From an uncultured bacterium (GTDB lineage: Bacteria > Patescibacteriota > Saccharimonadia > UBA4664 > SCTI01): DNA of 64,000 bases. The position numbers and the translations under genes were made by a program. Below are positions 34,671 through 43,517 of this stretch, piece by piece. How positions within the stretch are numbered: position 1 is the first letter of the stretch; every line of letters starts with the position of its first letter. The stretch covers positions 311,367 to 375,366 of the forward strand of contig CAVRJJ010000005.1 in assembly GCA_963721685.1 (NCBI GenBank), in the 5' to 3' direction. The notes beneath the pieces are model-generated. The model was not told where the DNA came from and did no database searches. It saw only the letters and a program-made list of their open reading frames with translations.

Positions 34671-34799
34671 TTATATGTAACGCGCTTCTATCTTATTAAA
34701 ATAAGCATAATCGGATTGACAGCATAAGCGTTATCATGGACAATGTTTGGTAAGTGCCGTGTGTGGCACGCAGGTCGGATATAATATAGGGTAAATTGA

Positions 34800-35831
34800 T
34801 TGAATAAGCTTTTGAAGCGCAGAATTTCTGTTGTAGCGGCTATCGCTATTCTCCTAGGTGTAATGGCGCCAATTACGTGGCCTGTCGCCAACGCCGCCTC
34901 ACTGTCTGATACTTATTTACGAATGAACCGCATGAAGGCCAGCCAGGCAACTGATTTTCGATTGGTGTTCAAGCCCTCTACCGTTGTCGCCGCCAATGGT
35001 AAAGTTAAGGTCACATTTCCTGCCGGTTTTACCGTAAACGCCACCCAGACTGCTAGCTCCGCCACCTGCGCGGCCGAGTCGGGAGCCACCGCCATGCCAG
35101 GTGTCTCGGCACCAAGCGGGAGTGGCCAGACTATTTCAATTACAAGTACTACCGGCCTAACGGGGGGTACGCTTTATTGTGTTGACCTCACTAGTGTGAC
35201 ATCCGTCACCAATCACGCTACGCCGGGGGGGTATGTGCCAACGGTTTTCACTACTACTTCTGGTGATGTGGCAATCGATACCAAAACCGTGGGCTTACGG
35301 GTAATCGCGGATGACCAGATTGTAATTACCGCGGTGGTCCCGCCAACTTTCGACTTTGCTTTAAGCGGTAATACCGACGCCTTTACCGCCTCGCTTGATC
35401 CAACAGCCGTTAGGACTACCACCGGCCGAACCGTAACCATCTCAACGAACGCCGCTAAGGGCTGGATTGCTTGGGTTAAAGACAGCAACCAAGGCCTCAC
35501 TTCAGTAAGCGCGTCAAACACCATAGCTACTACTGGCACCGTGGACGGCACTCCATCGACATTAGCGGCAGGAACGGAAGGGTATGTACTGGACGTAGAT
35601 TTAACGACTGATAGCGGCAATGGGACGCCGTCAATTGCCGCGGAATATAATGGAGTAGCCGCTAACTCCGGAGGTGCACTTAGCGGAACCTTTCAACCAT
35701 TTGCCTCTTCAACAGGAACAGCATTGGGAGATGTATTTACCCTTATTGAATACGCGGCAATTAATGGTGAGACGGAAGCTGGTGATGACTACACCGATAC
35801 TCTAACCATTGTGGGTGCCGGATACTTTTAG
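34800..35831 (+). CDS. WxL-domain-like cell-surface protein (paralog 1)
   Basis: The start codon is TTG, followed by a signal peptide. ..VVPPTFDFALSGNTD.., ..NAAKGWIAWVKDSN.. and the C-terminal ..DDYTDTLTIVGAGYF follow the three conserved blocks of the WxL domain (VPxFDFG / GWxLxV / TLTWxL). It is paralogous to 36067..37239. Confidence 0.55.
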   Translation: MNKLLKRRISVVAAIAILLGVMAPITWPVANAASLSDTYLRMNRMKASQATDFRLVFKPSTVVAANGKVKVTFPAGFTVNATQTASSATCAAESGATAMPGVSAPSGSGQTISITSTTGLTGGTLYCVDLTSVTSVTNHATPGGYVPTVFTTTSGDVAIDTKTVGLRVIADDQIVITAVVPPTFDFALSGNTDAFTASLDPTAVRTTTGRTVTISTNAAKGWIAWVKDSNQGLTSVSASNTIATTGTVDGTPSTLAAGTEGYVLDVDLTTDSGNGTPSIAAEYNGVAANSGGALSGTFQPFASSTGTALGDVFTLIEYAAINGETEAGDDYTDTLTIVGAGYF

Positions 35832-35860
35832 CGCTTAAATCTCTTCGGACCACCTAACTC

Positions 35861-35889
35861 AAGAACTATGCTGTAGGAGCATAGTTCTT
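35861..35889 (+). terminator. hairpin downstream of WxL-like paralog 1
   Basis: AAGAACTATGCT-GTAGG-AGCATAGTTCTT is a 12-bp perfect stem. Confidence 0.4.
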
Positions 35890-35906
35890 ATGCTATAATA
35901 AAGCTA

Positions 35907-35927
35907 CATCCAAGAGGTGGATGTTTT
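35907..35927 (+). terminator. Rho-independent terminator
   Basis: CATCCA-AGAGG-TGGATG followed by TTTT. Confidence 0.5.
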
Positions 35928-35974
35928 GACTGATAGCCCAGCAGGGAAATTGGTGATTTTGTGTTGGAAAAGTC

Positions 35975-36004
35975 TTGACATCACGCTTATGCTTCGTTTA
36001 TAGT
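35975..36004 (+). promoter_or_regulatory. sigma70-type promoter of WxL-like paralog 2
   Basis: A TTGACA -35 box, an 18-nt spacer and a TATAGT -10 box, about 60 nt upstream of the 36067 ATG. Confidence 0.5.
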
Positions 36005-36066
36005 GAACCGTAACAGCTTACAAAACAAAACCAAAAGCTGAAACATAAACAAAAAGAAAACACACT

Positions 36067-37239
36067 ATGCGAAGAAAATTCACGTTAAATCGATTCTCTC
36101 TAGTAGTATTAAGCATTACTGCGCTGCTCGTACAGCTTGTACCAGCCCATTTGATACCTAATGTGTACGCGCTGACAACAACCGACACCTACTTGCGCCT
36201 CGACCGCATGAAGTCTAGCACCGGTACCGCCCAGCCAACCACCTTCCGGCTTGTCTTTAAAACCCCAGCCACTGATACTGGGTCAGACGCAAAACTGCAG
36301 GTGCAGTTCTATCACCCAAACAACGTGGATCCAACCCAGGCCAATAATAACTTTACAATCAATAACACCCAGGCAGTCGCAACCACGAACTGCGCGACAG
36401 AAGCCAGCAACGAGCTTTCGGCCAGCGTGCTGGGAGTTCCCGGCACTCTAAGTGCGACTGGCGACAACACCAACGCCGGCGCTACCCGCAAAACCATTAC
36501 AATTACCGGTGTTACCAACATGACAACCTCGCAGTACTACTGTGTTGACTTTACTACCGCTAACGCTGTGACAAACCCGGTAAACCCTAACCTTTACATG
36601 GTGCAAATTAGAACCCTGACAGCTGCTGACGCTGTTCTTGACACGAAACTTGTCGGTGTCCGCATCGTGGACGCGACCGATGCCAACTACAAGTATGACC
36701 AGATTACCGTTACCGGAGTTGTTCCGCCATCATTCAGCTTCAACTTAAGCGGTAATACCGACGCCTTCATAGCCCTCCTGGACCCTGCCGCGGTTACCTA
36801 TACTAGTGGACGGACGGTTACCATCTCAACCAACGCCGCCAAAGGTTGGATAGTCTGGGTCAAAGACTCAGACCAAGGTCTCAAATCAGTATCTACGCCA
36901 AGCTCAGTAATTGCTTCAACATCAACGGGAGGTGGCGCGCTTAGTGACGATCTCGTCGACACAGCCGCACCAGGAACCGAAAACTTCCTTCTCGACGCGG
37001 ATATTACTACTGATGCAGCTGGCGGCGGGGCGGTTTCCATTGACCCTGATTACGACGGAGTAGCCGCGGGCGAAGGTGGCGCCCTGAGCAACACGGTCTT
37101 CCAGCAAATTGCCAAAGCTACCGGAACCGCCGACGGAGATGTAATTACCCTGAAAAGTTTAGCCACCATTACCGGATCAACTCCTGCCGGTGACGACTAT
37201 ACCGACATCCTCACCGTTATCGGCGCCGGCAACTTCTAA
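36067..37239 (+). CDS. WxL-domain-like cell-surface protein (paralog 2)
   Basis: A signal peptide, then ..VVPPSFSFNLSGNTD.., ..NAAKGWIVWVKDSD.. and the C-terminal ..DDYTDILTVIGAGNF. It is collinear with paralog 1. Confidence 0.55.
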   Translation: MRRKFTLNRFSLVVLSITALLVQLVPAHLIPNVYALTTTDTYLRLDRMKSSTGTAQPTTFRLVFKTPATDTGSDAKLQVQFYHPNNVDPTQANNNFTINNTQAVATTNCATEASNELSASVLGVPGTLSATGDNTNAGATRKTITITGVTNMTTSQYYCVDFTTANAVTNPVNPNLYMVQIRTLTAADAVLDTKLVGVRIVDATDANYKYDQITVTGVVPPSFSFNLSGNTDAFIALLDPAAVTYTSGRTVTISTNAAKGWIVWVKDSDQGLKSVSTPSSVIASTSTGGGALSDDLVDTAAPGTENFLLDADITTDAAGGGAVSIDPDYDGVAAGEGGALSNTVFQQIAKATGTADGDVITLKSLATITGSTPAGDDYTDILTVIGAGNF

Positions 37240-37302
37240 ACCGACCCAGCTATAAGCTCAATCCATTCTCAAACCCCTCATGCTTTGATATACTGACAGG
37301 TA

Positions 37303-38376
37303 ATGCAACGCAAAGTCCTGATGGAGCGAATACAGTGCATCGCCTTAGTTGTGATGATAAGTGTGGTAGGTCTTGCCCAGCCTCTGGCCGTTCACGCTGG
37401 GGAAGAAACCGGTCAATCGGGCGACTTGCACCTTATTACCTCGCCCCTCCCTATCCTTTTAACGGTTAAGCCGGGAACCACCGCTACTACCGACCTTCGC
37501 ATAAAAAACGCGAGCAACAGAACCGAGCGGTTGCGGGTGGATATGCTTAAATTTGGTGCTAGTGGAGAGGAGGGGCAACCGGCTCTGCAGGATCCCGAGC
37601 CCGGGGATGAGCAGTTCAAATGGGTAAGCTTCTCCCAGACTACATTCAACGCCGAGCCCAACGAATGGAAAAGTATAAAAATGACGATTAAGGTGCCAAA
37701 GACCGCGGCATTTGGGTATTACTACGCTATAACTTTTTCACGAGCGAATAAGGAGGAAGTGGCAAAGGACCAGCGGACTGCCTTGCGGGGAGCCACGGCG
37801 GTTTTAGTATTGCTGGAAGCCTCATCGCCAAATACCAAGCGCAAGGTTCAAATGATAGACTTTTCTACTAAGAAAGGTCTGTATGAGTACCTCCCCGCCA
37901 GTTTTAAAGCGCGCGTCCGTAATACCGGTAATATTCACACCGTTCCAGTTGGCAGCGTCTTTATCACCAAGGGCGATAAAGCCATAGGCTCGGTTAGCAT
38001 CAATAGTGAGCACGGAAATGTATTACCCAACAGTTATCGGATTTATGAAACCGAATGGAAGGACGGTTTCCCCCATTACGCTGAAAAGGTTGAAAATGGC
38101 CAGACCGTCGTAAATAAAAAAGGGCAACAGGAAAAACATCTTGTTTGGAATTTAAATGATATTGGCAAGATACGGTTTGGGAAATACACTGCCAGCGTTG
38201 TCATGGTTTATGATGATGGAAAACGTGACATTCCGCTGGAGGCGTCTGTTTCATTTTGGGTAATCCCTTGGCGCTTCTTGTTGGCGGTGGCTTTGCTGGT
38301 AACATTGATGTTAGCCGGAGCGTGGGCATTGGTGCGGGCGGCAAGACCTGGACGGCGCAACAAACGCCGGAGGTAG
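37303..38376 (+). CDS. DUF916/DUF3324-like cell-surface protein with C-terminal membrane anchor
   Basis: A signal peptide, a beta-rich ectodomain, then a C-terminal TM helix and the basic tail RAARPGRRNKRRR. This is the architecture of CscA-type partners of WxL proteins. Confidence 0.5.
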   Translation: MQRKVLMERIQCIALVVMISVVGLAQPLAVHAGEETGQSGDLHLITSPLPILLTVKPGTTATTDLRIKNASNRTERLRVDMLKFGASGEEGQPALQDPEPGDEQFKWVSFSQTTFNAEPNEWKSIKMTIKVPKTAAFGYYYAITFSRANKEEVAKDQRTALRGATAVLVLLEASSPNTKRKVQMIDFSTKKGLYEYLPASFKARVRNTGNIHTVPVGSVFITKGDKAIGSVSINSEHGNVLPNSYRIYETEWKDGFPHYAEKVENGQTVVNKKGQQEKHLVWNLNDIGKIRFGKYTASVVMVYDDGKRDIPLEASVSFWVIPWRFLLAVALLVTLMLAGAWALVRAARPGRRNKRRR

Positions 38377-38379
38377 AAA

Positions 38380-39354
38380 ATGAAATTTGTGACAATTGGT
38401 ATTAGTAGTCTACTAAGTACCGTCTTTTATCTTGCCTTGTTTGCTGGAGGGGCCCGAGCTGAAGGCGGCGGTGGGGTAGTAATTTCGCCTCCATTCCAGG
38501 AAGTAATTGTTGCTGATGCGCAGAGTACCACCCTTGGTATCACCCTAACAAACCGCACCAAAACGAACCAGTCAATAAGTGCCACCACAATTGATTTTGA
38601 GTCACTTGATGAGTCAGGCGGCGTCGCCTTTTTGGGTTCTGAAATTAACGACTTAGAACGAAAATACGGGCTGGCGAACTGGCTCAAACTTGATGCCGCG
38701 CAGACAACACTTCCGGCTGGCGGATCAAAAAAAATAATGGTCAGTTTGGAGAATCGGCCGGATCTATCGCCCGGAGGGCATTATGGCGCGGTGATTTTTA
38801 AAATTGAGGGACCACCAGCGGCGGGGAGTCCTAATAGCGTAGCTGTTAAACAGGTCTTGGCGTCGCTTATTTTTGCAAAGAAGCGGGGCGGTGAACGTTA
38901 CGATTTGAAGCTTGCGAGCATGCATCCGCCAAGTAAATGGACGGGCGGGAACCAAAAAGTGAAGTTAAGGTTTTATAACCCCGGCAATGTTCATCTGGTT
39001 CCCCGCGGCGTCTTAAGGTTAGAGGATTCAAGGGGGAAGCTAATAAGTAAAAGCGTGATTAATTCCGATTCGGGCATACTGTTACCCGAAGCCTACCGCC
39101 AATATTTAGTAACTCTAGCAGATGTGCCTATTTTAAAACCGGGGAAATATCGGCTCGAAGCCGAGTACCGTTATGATGGCATCGAGCAAACAATTACATT
39201 CACTAAACAAATCACCATATTTGATTGGCGCTTCGCCGTGTTTTTGGGGGCGTGGGCAAGCGTTATTATCATCCCGGTCATTGCATTAATAATTTTTTTG
39301 CTGCGTCGGCAACGGCGCAAGAAAAAGCGGCGCAAACATCACGCGGCATTTTGA
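38380..39354 (+). CDS. DUF916/DUF3324-like cell-surface protein with C-terminal membrane anchor (second copy)
   Basis: The same architecture, with a C-terminal TM helix and the tail LLRRQRRKKKRRKHHAAF. There is a 4-nt gap after the previous gene. Confidence 0.5.
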   Translation: MKFVTIGISSLLSTVFYLALFAGGARAEGGGGVVISPPFQEVIVADAQSTTLGITLTNRTKTNQSISATTIDFESLDESGGVAFLGSEINDLERKYGLANWLKLDAAQTTLPAGGSKKIMVSLENRPDLSPGGHYGAVIFKIEGPPAAGSPNSVAVKQVLASLIFAKKRGGERYDLKLASMHPPSKWTGGNQKVKLRFYNPGNVHLVPRGVLRLEDSRGKLISKSVINSDSGILLPEAYRQYLVTLADVPILKPGKYRLEAEYRYDGIEQTITFTKQITIFDWRFAVFLGAWASVIIIPVIALIIFLLRRQRRKKKRRKHHAAF

Positions 39355-39459
39355 TTCCATCAAAACCCCAAATTCATCTGTAAAGGTAGTTGATTACTTC
39401 TGTTAAAACGGTTATGCTGAAGAAGCATAAGTGTTATGTGAGGTCGAAAAAACGTTCCC

Positions 39460-42400
39460 ATGCTAGTTACCAGAATTTCGGGGAAGTTTAAGCGCACCAT
39501 AGGAAAGACTATGGGGGGCGTTCTTTTGGCTGTCTTAAGTCTTATTCCTCTTATGGCCGGTCCAACGGCTGAAGCCGCGGCCGGTACCAACCAGCAAATC
39601 AATTTCCAAGGAAAAGTGGTTAACCCAGACGGCACTAATATTCCAAACGGGACGTACAATATTGAATTTAAAATTTATCAGGACGGTGATGGGGCACTTG
39701 GCGGCGGGGATGAAACCCTAAAGTGGACGGAAAGCCGGCTGCGTGATAACAGCCAAGGGGTAACCATTACTGATGGTATTTTCCAGGTTAATTTAGGGTC
39801 AGTTAATAGCACCCTCGGCAGCGCGGTGGATTTCAACCAAGACACCTTGTGGCTTTCAATCAACCTAGGGAATACCAATGCTAGTTGTACTCCCTTTAGT
39901 GGGTGTGCTCCCGATGGCGAGATGGATCCTTTCATTCGCTTTACCTCGGCACCTTATGCCATGAACTCTGGCAAATTAAACGGTCTGACGAGCTCACAGT
40001 TTGTCCAGCTTGCCCAAGGAGTACAAACTGATAGTTCCACGGCTTCAAGCATTTTCCTCAACAAGACCGGAGCTACCGGAAACATCATCCAACTCCAAGA
40101 CGCCGGTACCGACGCCTTTGTGGTCGGTAACGCTGGTAACACCAGTATTAACACCAACTCCGCAACCGCTTTAACCGTCCAGAACGGCTCTAACAACGCC
40201 TTTGGCGTCGATACCTCTAACATCAAAGTAGCTATTGGACTGTCTACCGCCTCTGCTAGCTCAAGGCTAAGTGTCGCCGGACAAGGAGCCGCCAACGGCA
40301 TTACCTTAGGTGACGGGGCAACCGGATCAGCCAACCTGTATGTTAGCGCCAATGATACCCTTAAGACTGATGACGCGTTGATTGTCGGCACCATAGGTTC
40401 AGGCGGTACTAACTTGCTTTGTTACGATGGTTTCAACAAGCTAAGTACCTGCAGTAACGCCCCTGGAGCTGGAGCCTACCTAGCCAAGAACGCTACAGAC
40501 ACCTCATCCGCAGCCGTAACCGCAGCTAACTATCTCTACGGGTTCACTAACTCATCCAGCGCCATAGCTTCCGGAGTCCTTAATATAGACAACGGCACTA
40601 ATACCGGTAATGCCCTAAGAGTAACTACATCTGGCAACCCGGGAGCGGGCAACGCCTTAATCTTCGCCAGCAATAACCACGCCAGCCCAAGCGGCAACCT
40701 ATTAGATCTGCAGTCCGGCTCCAGCCCTACGAGTGTGTTTAGTGTGAGTGCTGACGGAGTCACAACGAGTGCCAGCCAAATAACATCCAATTACGGAGAC
40801 AGCGGGCAAATAATTCTCACAAGAAATAATCCTGGAGGAGAAGCAAGAATAGTCCTTGGTAATAGCGGACAAGTTTATATTACTCACACGAATGCCAACG
40901 AGCTATCAGTGACGGGGAGTCTTATAATAGAGGGTGCCAGTTCCAACCTCACCGTCCAAGGCACGGGCACCAGTAATTTTGTTGGCAACGTAGATATAGC
41001 CGGCACCCTTAAGGCCGGAACAAGCGATGCTTTCCAAGTTGGTGCTACAGGAGTAGTTAATTATGTAGCCGGTTCAACCGATACCGCCGCCGCGGTTTGT
41101 CGTAATGCTGCTGGCCAGCTGGCAGGCTGCAACACTACCGGAAACGGTGCCGCGTTCATCCAGGGCGGCAATGCCTTCGCTGCTACTGCTGTACTCGGAA
41201 CTAATGATGCTAATGGCCTGCAGATTGTCACCGGTAGTGGCGGACCAAATGGACGGGCATACTTTGATACCAGCAACAACTTATACCTTGGTAATGCTGG
41301 TACTACTGGATTAGCAGCCGCTCCGAACGCCTTTACTATCAGCGGGACCGGAAGCAGCGCGGCAGCCGGCGGAGCAGCCGGCGGCAACCTGACCATCAAA
41401 GCTGGGCTAGGCACCGCTACAGGCAGCGGCAGCGCCGGCGGAGTTCTAGCCTTAGCCGGTGGTGCGGCCCAAGGAGACGGAACCGTTAACCGCAACGGCG
41501 GCAACCTGACCTTAGATGGCGGCGCCAAAGTAGGTGCCGGCGGGACAATCGGCAATATTGTCCTGCAGGGTAGCGGGGGAAATGTGGGCATAGGAGCCAC
41601 TCCTACCACCACTGCCCGGCTTCAGGTGTCCGGGAACATAGAACTTATTAACGATAATGACTCATTGCTATTTGGTAATGATGTTACCACAAAATATAAC
41701 GGCACTGATCTAGTTACAACCCTACATAACACTGCCAATAGGTACGTAGTAAGCGGAACGGCTACTGGTGCTGTGTTGTCAGTCGCTAACTTCAACAATA
41801 CGGATACTAACTCAAGTGGTGGCGCCGGATTCCTGTTCTCGGCTGGCACTACCAGTGCGTTTATCGGAGGTGTGGTAAGTCAAAGAATTGATGCCGCAAA
41901 TAATTCAAGAACTGCCATAAGGGTATTATCAAATGGAGTTTTGAGCGGGTCAGACGCCGCGGCACCGTTCTACCTACAAGGCTCCAACTCAAACGGAATA
42001 ACGGCGTACTTTGGAGCCCGTACAGCTATTTTCAAAAATGACACCGATAGCCCCACCGCCCTCCAGGTCCAGAACGTCATTGGCACTAGCATCTTCAATG
42101 TAGATACAGCAAACTCTAAGATAGGTACAGCCAATTCCACGACTGCCAGCACAGCCGCACTTACAATTAAGTCAGGTGATGCCTCAATCGGCAGCAACTT
42201 AAGTTCAGGCAATGTCGTAATAGATTCCGGTACGGCTACCGGCTCAGGTACCGCCGGCAGCATTTCTATCGGTGCAGGCGCCTACGCCCACAACACTACT
42301 ATAGGGAATACTACTACCACTAGCTCTGTTATGCTGCAGGCGGGCAGTACCGGTGGAATTAATATCGGTACGGTTGGTTCCGCAACCACGGGCTCGACTA

Positions 42401-43320
42401 TACATATTGCCGACACCAGCAGCGGTACGGGTATCCAAAACATTACCATTGGTTCAAGTGCCAACTCCGCCAACTTCGTTACCTTGCAAGGTGGTGCAGG
42501 GGGTGGAGTGAATTTGCTGGCTAACGGCAGTAGCAATAACGGGGTAGTGGTTAGAACCACAACATCTAATTCTTCTCAAGCCTTTCAGATCCAGAACTCT
42601 GCCAGTAGCAGTATCTTCACAGCTGATACCAGTACAACTCGTATAACTATCGGCGGGGCGAGCGGCACTCTAAGCAATCGAAACCTGGAAGTTGTTAGTG
42701 TAGACGTAACTTCAGTAATACGGATAGGAGATGCTACAAATGGAGTTAGTTATAACGATGCTGCCACGGGAGTAACTGGCAAGCTTCGTAAATATGGAAC
42801 TGCTAGAGAATCACGAACAATTACCTTGGCACCGGAGTATGCGGGGGTAGTGTTAACGGGAGACGGTACCAACAACACCGGTACAATGACTTCAGACTAT
42901 TGCTCTGGTACTAGTCGCAGAAGTATAAATACCAGCATTTGTGCAGCTAATGATGAATTCAATTATTACTCGTGGACGGCCCAGGCAACTAATGACTATG
43001 ACGTCTGGATAAGGTGGCAAGTTCCTAGCGACTTTAGTTCATGGACAGCCAGTAATCCTATTCAATTCTATGGTTGGAGAAGTAGTAGTTCGGCCAATAA
43101 TGTTGTAACACTCACTATGTATAACGCTTCAGGGTCCGTATGCGGAACAGCAACAAGCATTACTAATACTACTACGTGGACAGCTACCAACTATTCATCT
43201 TCCGGTTGTAGTCCAGCAGCGGGGGAAATAATGACTATTCGCATCACCTTGTCTGTTGGCGTAAATAATGAATTTGTTAGAGTTAGTAATATATCCTTAA
43301 ATTATTTGAGTGCGTACTAA
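39460..43320 (+). CDS. giant secreted beta-helical adhesin-like protein (1286 aa)
   Basis: A signal peptide, then about 1200 aa that are extremely Gly/Thr/Ser/Asn/Ala-rich with degenerate repeats (..GNAGNTSINTNSATALTVQNGSNNAFGVDTSN..). The antisense ORFs are Pro/Ala-rich artefacts. Confidence 0.6.
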   Translation: MLVTRISGKFKRTIGKTMGGVLLAVLSLIPLMAGPTAEAAAGTNQQINFQGKVVNPDGTNIPNGTYNIEFKIYQDGDGALGGGDETLKWTESRLRDNSQGVTITDGIFQVNLGSVNSTLGSAVDFNQDTLWLSINLGNTNASCTPFSGCAPDGEMDPFIRFTSAPYAMNSGKLNGLTSSQFVQLAQGVQTDSSTASSIFLNKTGATGNIIQLQDAGTDAFVVGNAGNTSINTNSATALTVQNGSNNAFGVDTSNIKVAIGLSTASASSRLSVAGQGAANGITLGDGATGSANLYVSANDTLKTDDALIVGTIGSGGTNLLCYDGFNKLSTCSNAPGAGAYLAKNATDTSSAAVTAANYLYGFTNSSSAIASGVLNIDNGTNTGNALRVTTSGNPGAGNALIFASNNHASPSGNLLDLQSGSSPTSVFSVSADGVTTSASQITSNYGDSGQIILTRNNPGGEARIVLGNSGQVYITHTNANELSVTGSLIIEGASSNLTVQGTGTSNFVGNVDIAGTLKAGTSDAFQVGATGVVNYVAGSTDTAAAVCRNAAGQLAGCNTTGNGAAFIQGGNAFAATAVLGTNDANGLQIVTGSGGPNGRAYFDTSNNLYLGNAGTTGLAAAPNAFTISGTGSSAAAGGAAGGNLTIKAGLGTATGSGSAGGVLALAGGAAQGDGTVNRNGGNLTLDGGAKVGAGGTIGNIVLQGSGGNVGIGATPTTTARLQVSGNIELINDNDSLLFGNDVTTKYNGTDLVTTLHNTANRYVVSGTATGAVLSVANFNNTDTNSSGGAGFLFSAGTTSAFIGGVVSQRIDAANNSRTAIRVLSNGVLSGSDAAAPFYLQGSNSNGITAYFGARTAIFKNDTDSPTALQVQNVIGTSIFNVDTANSKIGTANSTTASTAALTIKSGDASIGSNLSSGNVVIDSGTATGSGTAGSISIGAGAYAHNTTIGNTTTTSSVMLQAGSTGGINIGTVGSATTGSTIHIADTSSGTGIQNITIGSSANSANFVTLQGGAGGGVNLLANGSSNNGVVVRTTTSNSSQAFQIQNSASSSIFTADTSTTRITIGGASGTLSNRNLEVVSVDVTSVIRIGDATNGVSYNDAATGVTGKLRKYGTARESRTITLAPEYAGVVLTGDGTNNTGTMTSDYCSGTSRRSINTSICAANDEFNYYSWTAQATNDYDVWIRWQVPSDFSSWTASNPIQFYGWRSSSSANNVVTLTMYNASGSVCGTATSITNTTTWTATNYSSSGCSPAAGEIMTIRITLSVGVNNEFVRVSNISLNYLSAY

Positions 43321-43517
43321 GTATATTATGGCTACAAAATACTTCAGAATGGAAAAAAAAATACCAGGCATCTTGCATTCTCTCAAAATTGCCTGGCAAA
43401 AACCATCGCAAGTATCTCGATATATATTAAAAAATCTTTACGATAAGCAATCAAATTACAATAATTCCATCACTAATGGATGCCAGAGATGATATTTAAA
43501 TTACGAGGACCAATTAA

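Noticed and set aside
41061-41612. 183-aa Pro/Ala-rich minus-strand ORF
   Set aside because: It lies antisense within the 1286-aa adhesin-like gene. Pro/Ala richness is the complement of the Gly/Ala/Thr-rich sense strand.
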